This document shows, piece after piece, positions 28,369 through 36,653 of a stretch of DNA of 40,315 bases (positions are counted from its first letter, which is position 1; every line of letters begins with the position of its first letter). The position numbers and the translations under genes were made by a program. The DNA is from Oscillibacter sp. (lineage in GTDB: Bacteria; Bacillota; Clostridia; Oscillospirales; Oscillospiraceae), in assembly GCA_022801815.1 (NCBI GenBank), contig JAAWTB010000001.1, positions 1-40,315 on the forward strand, in the 5' to 3' direction. The notes under the pieces were generated by a model. That model was given only the letters and a program-made list of their open reading frames with translations, made no database searches and had not been told where the DNA came from.

Positions 28369-29064
28369 ATGTCGTTTTTTAAATCATGGTTTAAACGGGA
28401 GGAGCCCGCCGCCTTCGAGCCTCTGCCCAACGATTTCCCCGAGCTTTACAGCGGCATGAAGGCGGAGGTGCTGACCCCCGCCAACGCCCTGATTTTCGTG
28501 GGCAGGGTCCGGCTCCTCAGCGGCAATCAAATCGACGTTTTGGGGGAGGCCGGGGGCTTTCTCCCCAGGGCGCTGTACAACCAGCCGGTGAAGCTCCGCT
28601 GTTTCCCCAAGGAGGGGGACACCTTCACCCTCAACGGCACGGTAGGCCCCAACGACCCCACCTTCTGGCGAATCGAACATTTGCAATATCTTTACAACAT
28701 TGAAAACCGTAATTTTTTCCGCCAGAACACCGGAGCAGAGGGCCAAATCCGTTCCGTTTCAGGACAGAAGCACGCCTGTAAGATCTTGGACATCGGCGGC
28801 GGCGGGGCCCGGGTGCTGACGGAAAAGCTCCTCCAGCTGGAGAGTACCTTTCAGTTGGAGACCAGCCTCCTCTCCACCGAGGAACCCTTTACCTTCACCT
28901 GTCAGGTCAAGCGCGTCACCGTCCGGGCCCAGACGGCCAGTCCTATGAAGAAGTACGAATACGGCTGTCAGTTCGTGGACCTGCCCCTCAAGGAGCAGGA
29001 GCGCCTTCTCCAGGCCATCTTCACCCTCCAGCGCAAGGTGCTTCAGGCCCGGCGGGAGAAATGA
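28369..29064 (+). CDS. PilZ-domain protein, YcgR/MotI (flagellar brake)-like
   Basis: N-terminal beta domain, then RNFFR and DIGGGG (variant of DxSxxG), and YEYGCQF. AAGGAGG RBS. Confidence 0.82.
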   Translation: MSFFKSWFKREEPAAFEPLPNDFPELYSGMKAEVLTPANALIFVGRVRLLSGNQIDVLGEAGGFLPRALYNQPVKLRCFPKEGDTFTLNGTVGPNDPTFWRIEHLQYLYNIENRNFFRQNTGAEGQIRSVSGQKHACKILDIGGGGARVLTEKLLQLESTFQLETSLLSTEEPFTFTCQVKRVTVRAQTASPMKKYEYGCQFVDLPLKEQERLLQAIFTLQRKVLQARREK

Positions 29065-29085
29065 GCGGCCCCAAAGATCCGATTC

Positions 29086-29121
29086 AAAAAGGGGAAGCGG
29101 CAATGCCGCTTCCCCTTTTTT
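29086..29121 (+). terminator. Rho-independent terminator ending the PilZ/SLH operon
   Basis: AAAAAGGGGAAGCGGCA/TGCCGCTTCCCCTTTTT perfect inverted repeat followed by a T-run. Confidence 0.9.
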
Positions 29122-29183
29122 CGCCCATTTTTAAATTTTGAAAAATCTGGACATACTGGGAACCGTACAAAGGAGGCCGATTT

Positions 29184-30602
29184 ATGAGCGTTACATTTTC
29201 TCAATTCTGCGCCGCCGGGCCGGAGCTCCGGGAGGCCCTGCGCCGCCGCGTGGACTCCCTGGGTGCGCTGGGCCAGGGATACGAGTTTCCCAACTGCCAA
29301 ATGCCCCAAGGCTGCGTCCCCAGACAGTCCGTGCTGGGCTTTTTAAAGCGGGACCGGGGATACCTGCTTTATTGGCGGCCCGCCGTGGCCTACCAGGGCC
29401 AAAGTCCGGTGCTCTCCGCCCTCTTTGCCCGGAGCGTCTGGCGCTTCGACAGCTTTGAAACCCTGACGGCCCGGCTTTCCTCCCTCCGGCGGGAGACGGA
29501 GGAGCCCGTCCTCCGTCCCTTCCGCCCTCCCGTCCTGATGGAGGACGCCCCCCCATCAAAGGCCGCGCTCCCCTCCCCCTGGCCGCTCCTTTACCGCAGG
29601 CTTCGCAGCGAACTGGAACAGCAGGTGCTGGGCCAGCCTCGGGCGGTAGAGGCCGCCGCTTTCCGGCTGTACAGCCATGCGGAGAAGCGAAACCCGGCCC
29701 GCCCCCTGTCCCTGATTTTCCACGGCCCCACAGGCGTGGGAAAATCGGAGCTGGGGAAGGCCCTGGCTCCCGCCCTGGAGCGGTGCTGCGGGCAGCGGCG
29801 CGCCTTTGTCTGGACGGAGCTGAACACCTTCACGGAAGCCCATTCCGTCCACCGCCTCACCGGCGCGCCGCCGGGCTATGTGGGCTATGAGGATGCGCCT
29901 GTTTTCGAGGCGGTACGGCAAAACCCCTGCGCCGTCTTCATGTTCGACGAGCTGGAGAAGGCCCACCCGGAAGTGCTGAAGGTCTTCATGTCCATTTTGG
30001 ACGAAGGCCGCTGCACCGCCCGGAAGGCCGACGAACAGGGAAGCCGGGAGCTGGATTTCCGCCGCTGCATCTTTGTCTTCACCACCAACGCGGACCTGAC
30101 GGCGGCAGGGGGCCGGTCCCTGGGCTTCTCCGAACGCTCCGCCGCCGCCCGGAAACGCCCGGCGGAAGGGGAGCCCGCCACTCCGGCGGAGCTGGCGGAG
30201 CGGCTCTTTCGGGAAAACGAGGAAGCACGCCGGGCGATGGTGCGCCTGGGCGTGCTTCCGGAAATCGCGGGCCGCTTCAGCGGCATTATTGGCTTTCAAC
30301 CCCTGGATCAGGAGGCCCGGCTGGCCATCACAGTCAAGCAAATTCGCGCCCTCGGCCGGGAGTACAATCTGGACATTGTCCAGGTGGCCCCGGACACCGC
30401 CCAGGCGCTGACCCCGGAGGGAGACGCCCACTCCGTACGCTCCTCTGTCTGCGTGCTGGAGGGGCTGCTGTCCCCCCTGCTGGCGGCGGCCTCCGACCAG
30501 ACAGCCTACTGTCTGGCGGGTCTGCCGGGAAATCTCCGGCTGCTCCCGGCTTACTCCCAGTCCAGTTCCACCACCGCGTTGGCGGCTTCGTCCAGCCTGT
30601 AG
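29184..30602 (+). CDS. Stand-alone AAA+ ATPase similar to the second nucleotide-binding domain of ClpA/B/C, with an unknown N-terminal domain
   Basis: VLGQ; Walker A GPTGVGKSE; pore loop GAPPGYVGY; Walker B MFDELEKAH; sensor-1 FTTN; PEIAGRF. AAGGAGG RBS. Confidence 0.85.
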   Translation: MSVTFSQFCAAGPELREALRRRVDSLGALGQGYEFPNCQMPQGCVPRQSVLGFLKRDRGYLLYWRPAVAYQGQSPVLSALFARSVWRFDSFETLTARLSSLRRETEEPVLRPFRPPVLMEDAPPSKAALPSPWPLLYRRLRSELEQQVLGQPRAVEAAAFRLYSHAEKRNPARPLSLIFHGPTGVGKSELGKALAPALERCCGQRRAFVWTELNTFTEAHSVHRLTGAPPGYVGYEDAPVFEAVRQNPCAVFMFDELEKAHPEVLKVFMSILDEGRCTARKADEQGSRELDFRRCIFVFTTNADLTAAGGRSLGFSERSAAARKRPAEGEPATPAELAERLFRENEEARRAMVRLGVLPEIAGRFSGIIGFQPLDQEARLAITVKQIRALGREYNLDIVQVAPDTAQALTPEGDAHSVRSSVCVLEGLLSPLLAAASDQTAYCLAGLPGNLRLLPAYSQSSSTTALAASSSL

Positions 30603-31765
30603 AGCTTGCCGTCGGCAGACAGGAAGTAGCTTCCGGCAAACTGGCTGCCCTCGCCGTAAATGTTCACCCGCGTGCAGACGGATCCGGCAATGCGGACAGA
30701 GCCCTCCTGGGGAATCAGCTCATACGCCTCCATGGACTCGCCCGGCAAGCCCAGCTTGGAGGGATGGACGGTCCGCAGGTCCGACAGGCCCCTTCTAGGC
30801 GCAGTGGAAGCGGAGGTTTCCGGTTTCGGGTCATGGACCCTGCCCTCCGGCTTATCCAAAAGCACGGAGCAGCCGGTTCCCTCCCAGCTCAGCAGCAGCG
30901 AGTGGACGCCGCCGCCGGTTCCGTTCTCCCCCTCCGGCACGTTCCGGGCCAGCTGGACCGAACCCCGCTCCCCATACTCCTCCGGCGGATCGATCCTAAG
31001 CAGCGTCTCGTCTACGATGGAGAAGCCCGCGTCCTCGGCGGACATCAGCGCCGCGTAAGCGGAAATCAGGCTCACCGGATTTTTCAAGCCCTCATAGCGG
31101 TACAAAATCTTTGTGAACCCAGCCTCTTCCTCCGTCGGCTCCGGGGCGGGCTCCTCCTCTTTTTCCTCCTCCCCCTCCTCTCCAGAGGCTTCGGTCTTCT
31201 CTTCCTCGCTGTCCTCCGGCTCCGGGGCGGGCTCCGGCGGGACCTCCTCCTGATACACCAGCACCTCGTCTCCAATAACCGGCAGAGCGGTAATGGGAAT
31301 TTCATCCAGCACGTATTCCCGGGGGATGGGAATGGGTTCCGGGGGGGCCTCTTCCCGCTCTCCGCCGCCCTTTAAAAAGAAGAAAGCTCCTACGCCGATG
31401 GCGGCGGCCAGCACGGGAATCAGAATCAGCAGCAGCTTCTTCTTCCCCTTCTTCTTTTTTCCTCCCCCGCCCTCTCCGTCCTCCAGGGCTTTGGAGGCGG
31501 TTTTCGCCGCGGCCTTGGCCTTTTTTTCCTGGGCCTTCTGGGCGGCAATTTGGGCCTTCTTTGTGGCCTGCTCCGCCCGTTTGCTGTGCTTGGCGGCCTT
31601 TTTGTCGGCGCTCTTGGCCACCCGGGCGGCTTTTTTCTCGGCCTTTACCGCCTGCTTCTGCTTGGCCGCCTCGGCTTTTTTCCCCGCGATCTCCACCTGC
31701 TTGGCGGCCTTCGCCGCCTTGCGCTCGGCCTTTTGAATGATCTTATCAGCCTTATCCTGTTTCAA
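30551..31765 (-). CDS. Hypothetical bitopic membrane protein with a Lys/Ala-rich N-terminal tail and an acidic Pro/Glu linker
   Basis: About 95 aa of KAAK-type repeats, then a KKKKGKKKLLLILIPVLAAAIGVGAFFFL TM segment, a Glu/Pro-rich linker and a globular C-terminal domain. TTG start. Confidence 0.75.
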   Translation of the reverse strand: MKQDKADKIIQKAERKAAKAAKQVEIAGKKAEAAKQKQAVKAEKKAARVAKSADKKAAKHSKRAEQATKKAQIAAQKAQEKKAKAAAKTASKALEDGEGGGGKKKKGKKKLLLILIPVLAAAIGVGAFFFLKGGGEREEAPPEPIPIPREYVLDEIPITALPVIGDEVLVYQEEVPPEPAPEPEDSEEEKTEASGEEGEEEKEEEPAPEPTEEEAGFTKILYRYEGLKNPVSLISAYAALMSAEDAGFSIVDETLLRIDPPEEYGERGSVQLARNVPEGENGTGGGVHSLLLSWEGTGCSVLLDKPEGRVHDPKPETSASTAPRRGLSDLRTVHPSKLGLPGESMEAYELIPQEGSVRIAGSVCTRVNIYGEGSQFAGSYFLSADGKLYRLDEAANAVVELDWE

Positions 31766-31800
31766 CGCTTCACTCTCCTACTTCTATAAGCGGTCCGCCC

Positions 31801-33756
31801 TCAGCGGATGGTAATGGAATCCCGGTCCTTCACCGCATGGCTGAAGCCGCACTCCGTTCCGTTCACCGCCAGATGGACAGGCCCATCCAGCGTCTCGAAG
31901 TCCACACCGGATCGCTCCAGCAGGTCCATGACGTAATAGGGCTGGTCGTTCTCCTTGGGCGGCAGAACGATGGGCTTGCCATTCAGGAAAATCTCCACTT
32001 CCCGCTTGCGGACCCGGGGCTTCGGCAGCTCCCTTTCAGAGTCCTTCGGCGGCTCCGCTTCCGGCGCCGGGGACAGGGCGGGCGGCTCCGTCCCTGGGGC
32101 GGGAGCCTCCCCCTCTGGCGCTGAGGGCGGGGCGGGCGGCTCCTCCTCCAGCAGGGGCGGCGCCACTCCGGCGGGTCCCTCCAGGGTCAAAATCACATCC
32201 CCCTGGCACAGGGAGGTCTTCAAATCTCCCTCCCGGTTGTTTAGTAAAACCCGGCCGGTAAAGTCCTTCCCCAGCAGCTCTCCCAGGGTCTTGGCGGCGT
32301 CTTTGCCGCTGCGGGCGGGCTGGAAGCGAATGCTGTCCCCGGCGTGGACCACCGCGTTGATGGCCGCTTCCTCCCCGTTCACCCGGAGGATAGCAGGGGC
32401 GGCGGGCTCTCCCCGAAGAACCATGCGCCGCCCATTGAGAGTTACCCCCAGGTTCTTCCCGGAGCGGCCCAGCATGTCGGCGTAGGTGAACCCGTTCATC
32501 AGCAGGATGTCCCGCACGGTAAGCACGCCGCTGCGGAAGAGCTTGGCGGTCTCCCCGTTGAGGGTGATGACATAGCTGTCGTTCAAAAGCCCCAGCCCAG
32601 CGGAAACGGCGATGCCCAAAGGCGTGGCGTACTCTGGATTGTTCAGGTCAATCTCATCGGCAAAGGCGCTTTTCGCAAAGTTGTTTCCGGCGATGGCCAC
32701 CCGCCGTTCGTCCATGCCCAGGCTGGCGGCCACCTTTTCCCGGAGGCCGTCCAGCTTACTTCCGCCTCCCGCCAAGAACAGCGCCGAGGGCGCGCCGCCG
32801 TTGAGTTCCGTCACCTGCACGGCGATGGCCTCCGCCAGGCGGCCCATAGGCTCCTGGATGGCGGCGTGAATCTCCTCGAAGGAGGCGGTGCTCTCCAGGC
32901 CCAAAATGTCTGTATAGCAGGCGCCCTCCCCGGGACGGAGGTTCCGTTTGATCTCCTCGGCAGTCTGGAAGTCCACCAGGAAGGTCCGCATAATGGCCTC
33001 GGTGATTTCGTCCCCGGCAATGGTGGCCATGGTGTACCCGGTGACGCTGCCGTCCCGGCACACGGCGATATCCGTGGTCCCCGCGCCGATGTCCACCAGC
33101 GCCAGGTTTAATAGGCGCAGCTCCGCAGGAATGGCGGCGTTCATGGCAGCAATGGGCTCCAGAGTCAGGCTGGCCACCTGGAGATCCGCTGTCCGCATGG
33201 CAGCGTACAGGCTCTCCACCACCTCCCCGGGGAGGAAGGTGGCCACCACGTCCGCCTCCGCCTTTTGGCCGCTGTGGTCCAGAAGGGACGCCAGAGGATA
33301 GTTGTCCAGCCGGTACTGGGCCACGGTGTAGCCCACCATAAAGAACTGCCGCCGGACCTCGTCCTCCACCTGCAGCGCATCCTCGGCGGCGGAGAGGGCC
33401 CCCGCCTCCAGACGGCTGATGGTTTCAGCGCTGATGCTTTTCTCCTCGCTGATGTCTATGGCAAAGCTGCCGCTTTGGGTCCGCAGGGCCCGCCCGGCGG
33501 CGGCCACGCAGACCCGCTCCAGGTGAACGCCCAGGCGTTCTTCCAGGCGCTCCGTCACACTTCGGGCCAGGGCGCCTACCTGGTGTATGTTGTCAATTTG
33601 CCCGTCCAGCATGGCGCGGCTCCCATGCTCCGCCATTTCAATATCCAGGGCCTTGAACCGGCCGCCGGAGGGTCTGCCCACAACGCCCACAACGCTGCGG
33701 GTCCCAATATCCAGGGCGAAGATCAGATCCTGCTCCTGGGCTCTCAAATCCTTCAT
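31801..33756 (-). CDS. FtsA-related actin-fold ATPase with C-terminal ThiS/MoaD (beta-grasp)-like repeats
   Basis: ALDIGTRSV, LEPIAA, VDIGAGTTD and LAGGGS actin-fold motifs. C-terminal repeats VNG...AGDSI, LNN...QGDVI and VNG...DRDSI. Confidence 0.85.
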   Translation of the reverse strand: MKDLRAQEQDLIFALDIGTRSVVGVVGRPSGGRFKALDIEMAEHGSRAMLDGQIDNIHQVGALARSVTERLEERLGVHLERVCVAAAGRALRTQSGSFAIDISEEKSISAETISRLEAGALSAAEDALQVEDEVRRQFFMVGYTVAQYRLDNYPLASLLDHSGQKAEADVVATFLPGEVVESLYAAMRTADLQVASLTLEPIAAMNAAIPAELRLLNLALVDIGAGTTDIAVCRDGSVTGYTMATIAGDEITEAIMRTFLVDFQTAEEIKRNLRPGEGACYTDILGLESTASFEEIHAAIQEPMGRLAEAIAVQVTELNGGAPSALFLAGGGSKLDGLREKVAASLGMDERRVAIAGNNFAKSAFADEIDLNNPEYATPLGIAVSAGLGLLNDSYVITLNGETAKLFRSGVLTVRDILLMNGFTYADMLGRSGKNLGVTLNGRRMVLRGEPAAPAILRVNGEEAAINAVVHAGDSIRFQPARSGKDAAKTLGELLGKDFTGRVLLNNREGDLKTSLCQGDVILTLEGPAGVAPPLLEEEPPAPPSAPEGEAPAPGTEPPALSPAPEAEPPKDSERELPKPRVRKREVEIFLNGKPIVLPPKENDQPYYVMDLLERSGVDFETLDGPVHLAVNGTECGFSHAVKDRDSITIR

Positions 33757-33791
33757 AATGAGACGCTCCTTTTCATGTCTCGCAGGCGAAA

Positions 33792-33832
33792 ATGATGCCA
33801 GAAGGCGGCACCGAACCGCCTTCTGGCATCAT
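33792..33832. terminator. Long perfect hairpin between the MCP and ftsA-like genes
   Basis: 17-bp stem ATGATGCCAGAAGGCGG/CCGCCTTCTGGCATCAT with a short T-run on the minus strand. Confidence 0.7.
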
Positions 33833-33936
33833 GGCAGGGGACTCTACTGCCAGCGCGGGATGGCACGCGTGCTCCTGCGTTTCTTCCATTGGCAGCCCGC
33901 GCCCTGATTTAAGCCGGTGGTCCGGCGGAAAACCGC

Positions 33937-35715
33937 TTAATATTTGCTGAAGGCGCTTCCGCCGGCGCTGTAGCCGCTGTCATAGGACACCTCGTCGACG
34001 CTGTCCTCGGAATAGGCGGGGGCGCTGTAGCTGGCGGACGCGCTGCTGTCGCTGCGGAGGCGGAACTTGCTCAGCAGCTCCTTCATCAAGCTGGCCTGGC
34101 TGCTCAGCTCCTCGCTGGCGGCGGCGGACTGCTCGGAAGTGGCGGAGTTGGTCTGCACCACGCTGGAAATCTGGTCGATGCCCTCGGTGACCTGGGCGAT
34201 GGCCTCAGCCTCCTCCTCCACCGCCTTGGCAATCTCCTGAAGGGCAGACATGGATTCATTCGTGGCCTCCACGGTCTTGCCCAGGGACTCGGAAACCCGC
34301 TTGACAATCTCGCTGCCGTCCTGGACGGAGGTAATGGAGTTGTCAATCAGCTCCTTGGTAGCCTTGGCGGCCTGGTCAGACTTGGTTGCCAGATTCCGCA
34401 CCTCGTCGGCTACCACGGCGAAGCCCTTGCCGGCGCTGCCCGCCCGGGCGGCTTCCACGGCGGCGTTCAGGGCCAGAATGTTGGTCTGGAAGGCAATGTT
34501 TTCAATGGTGGCAATGATCTTGCCAATCTCCTCGGAGGAGCTGGAGATTTTCTCCATGGCCTTCACCATTTCCTCCATGTAATCCGCGCTCTCACGGACC
34601 CGCAGGTCGGCGTTCTTGGAGTGGTCAATGGCCTGCTCGCTGCGCTTGGCGTTGCTCTGGGAACGGGTGGAAATCTCGGCAATGGTAGCGGACAGCTCCT
34701 GAACTGCGCTGGCCTGTTCCGTCGCGCCCTGGGCCAGGGCCTGGGCGCCGGTAGACACCTGGTCGGAGCCGGAGGAAACCTGTTCGCCGCTGAGGTTGAT
34801 CTGGGCCAGGGTATCGCTGAGGCTGTGGTTGATGACGCGGATGGACTCCAGCATGCTGCTCAGTGCGCCCACATAGTACTGCTCGGCCTGGGTGCGGCAG
34901 TTGAAATTGCCGCTGCCCATCTCTCCCAGAAGGCGGCAGGCATCCTTGATCACGCTGTCCAGAACTTTCTGACTGGTCCGCAGGGCGTCGCACATCTCGC
35001 CCAGCTCGCTCTTGCTCTCATAATCCACGGGGATATCCAGCTTGCCTTCGCTGAAGCCCACCAGGGCGGCCCGAACCTTCTCTGTGGGGACCACGATGCT
35101 CTTGATGATGACGAGCGCAAACCGGATCACCACGAGGGTCGCAATGACCATCGCTACAATGATGGCAATGATCGCGATCGTGGAAATCGTGTTCTGCCGC
35201 TCAATGACCTTCGCCTGTTCAGACTGGAGCCTCGCGGCCAGCGTATCGCCGGCGGCGGCGGCCTGGGTCAGGACGGGCGTGCAGGTGGTTACGATCATAT
35301 TGGCGGCCTGCTCCTGGTTCGTCCGGGCCGTCTGGCCAATTTTTTCGGCCTCGGCCTCCCAGTCCTCCACCAGCGCGACAAAGTTGTTCAGCTCCGCCTT
35401 ATCCTCCAGGGGATAAATGCTGTTCAGCTCTGCCAGCTCCGTTTTCAGCTCGCTGATTTTGCTGTTGGCTGTGTCAATGCTGCTCATGTCGCCGGATAAA
35501 ACCGCGTCCCGCAGACCGCGGGCGGCAATATTGTAGCTAATGCGGCATTCGAACACTGCCTCGTTGGACGCGACATACCGCTCCAGAATGTTTGTGTACT
35601 GGCCCTTCTGCATCGTCATCAGGAACAAGGAAATGATGATAATAAGCGCGGAGATCCCGATGGTAATTCCATACCCCATGACCAGGCTTTGCCTGACCTT
35701 CATATTTTTGATCAT
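33937..35715 (-). CDS. Methyl-accepting chemotaxis protein (TM, four-helix sensor, TM, HAMP, signalling domain) with a C-terminal tail ending AFSKY
   Basis: [35 protein letters not shown] hairpin and two TM segments. Start at MIKNMKV behind GAGGAGG. Confidence 0.95.
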   Translation of the reverse strand: MIKNMKVRQSLVMGYGITIGISALIIIISLFLMTMQKGQYTNILERYVASNEAVFECRISYNIAARGLRDAVLSGDMSSIDTANSKISELKTELAELNSIYPLEDKAELNNFVALVEDWEAEAEKIGQTARTNQEQAANMIVTTCTPVLTQAAAAGDTLAARLQSEQAKVIERQNTISTIAIIAIIVAMVIATLVVIRFALVIIKSIVVPTEKVRAALVGFSEGKLDIPVDYESKSELGEMCDALRTSQKVLDSVIKDACRLLGEMGSGNFNCRTQAEQYYVGALSSMLESIRVINHSLSDTLAQINLSGEQVSSGSDQVSTGAQALAQGATEQASAVQELSATIAEISTRSQSNAKRSEQAIDHSKNADLRVRESADYMEEMVKAMEKISSSSEEIGKIIATIENIAFQTNILALNAAVEAARAGSAGKGFAVVADEVRNLATKSDQAAKATKELIDNSITSVQDGSEIVKRVSESLGKTVEATNESMSALQEIAKAVEEEAEAIAQVTEGIDQISSVVQTNSATSEQSAAASEELSSQASLMKELLSKFRLRSDSSASASYSAPAYSEDSVDEVSYDSGYSAGGSAFSKY

Positions 35716-35785
35716 TTGCGTCTTCCTCCTCGTTTTCTTTGATTGCGTCAAGATTTCTTTTATTCTAATCGGCGCCACGAGGCGT

Positions 35786-36523
35786 TCACACCACGTCGCC
35801 GTATCTTCCCTTCTCGACATCGCCGAAAATCTTCCCGTCCACCAGCGTAATCACCCGCCGGCGCATGATGTTCACATACCGGCTGGCATGGGTGGCCATG
35901 ATCACGGTGGTGCCCATGCGGTTGACCTCCTGCAAAAGCTGAAACATGTCCCAGATGTTGTCGTCATCCAGATTCGCCGTAATCTCGTCCAGCGCCAGAA
36001 TGGGAGGGCTGTTGATCAGGGCCCTGGCCAGCTCCACCCGGCGGCACTCCCCGATGGACATCTCCACAGGATACCGCGCCTCCACGCCCCGCATGCCCAC
36101 CAGGCCCAGCACCTTTTTCACCCGCAGCTCCACGTGCTTGCCGCTCTCAAAACGGCGGCGGCCCACCTGAGCGGCGATCCAAAGGTTTTCCTCTACCGTC
36201 ATCTTCCGAATCAGGCTGTGCTCCTGCTGAACCTTTCCGAAGAGGATGGCCATGCGGTTTTGGCTCCAGGGAATCAGCTTGGAAAGGTCTTTATTATCCA
36301 GGCAGACCGTTCCCTTGTCCGGCTTGAGCTTTCCGGTAATCAGGTCCAGCAGCGTGCTCTTTCCCGCGCCGCTGCTGCCCACCAGAAAGACGAACTCCCC
36401 CTGACGGATGGTCAGGTTGACGTCCTCCACGCCGACCTCGAACTTCTTGCCCTTTTGCTCCTTCTGCTGCCGGCGGTCCAGCTTGTAGTTCTTTGTCACG
36501 TTTTCCAGCGTAATCGTGGGCAT
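35786..36523 (-). CDS. FtsE-like ABC ATPase with a degenerate signature and no adjacent permease
   Basis: [28 protein letters not shown] and RRRVITL...G.Y features typical of FtsE. Signature MSIGE; D-loop DEITANLD. Confidence 0.8.
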   Translation of the reverse strand: MPTITLENVTKNYKLDRRQQKEQKGKKFEVGVEDVNLTIRQGEFVFLVGSSGAGKSTLLDLITGKLKPDKGTVCLDNKDLSKLIPWSQNRMAILFGKVQQEHSLIRKMTVEENLWIAAQVGRRRFESGKHVELRVKKVLGLVGMRGVEARYPVEMSIGECRRVELARALINSPPILALDEITANLDDDNIWDMFQLLQEVNRMGTTVIMATHASRYVNIMRRRVITLVDGKIFGDVEKGRYGDVV

Positions 36524-36605
36524 ACTTCTGCGCTCCCGTAGTCTTGAATCATATTTCCGCCGGAGCAAACGCCCCCGGCAGTTCCCGCCCGTCTATACGC
36601 GCGCA

Positions 36606-36644
36606 AAGGCAGGAGCCCGACCGGCAGCCGGGGCTCCGGCTTTT
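36606..36644. terminator. Imperfect hairpin downstream of the fliD-fliS-orf unit
   Basis: GGAGCCC/GGGCTCC core flanked by AAAG and CTTTT. Confidence 0.4.
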
Positions 36645-36653
36645 GCGGATCGT

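Noticed and set aside
35766-35792. Sigma28 promoter for the MCP (GCCGATTA -10)
   Set aside because: No acceptable -35 at 15-16 nt spacing; left uncalled.
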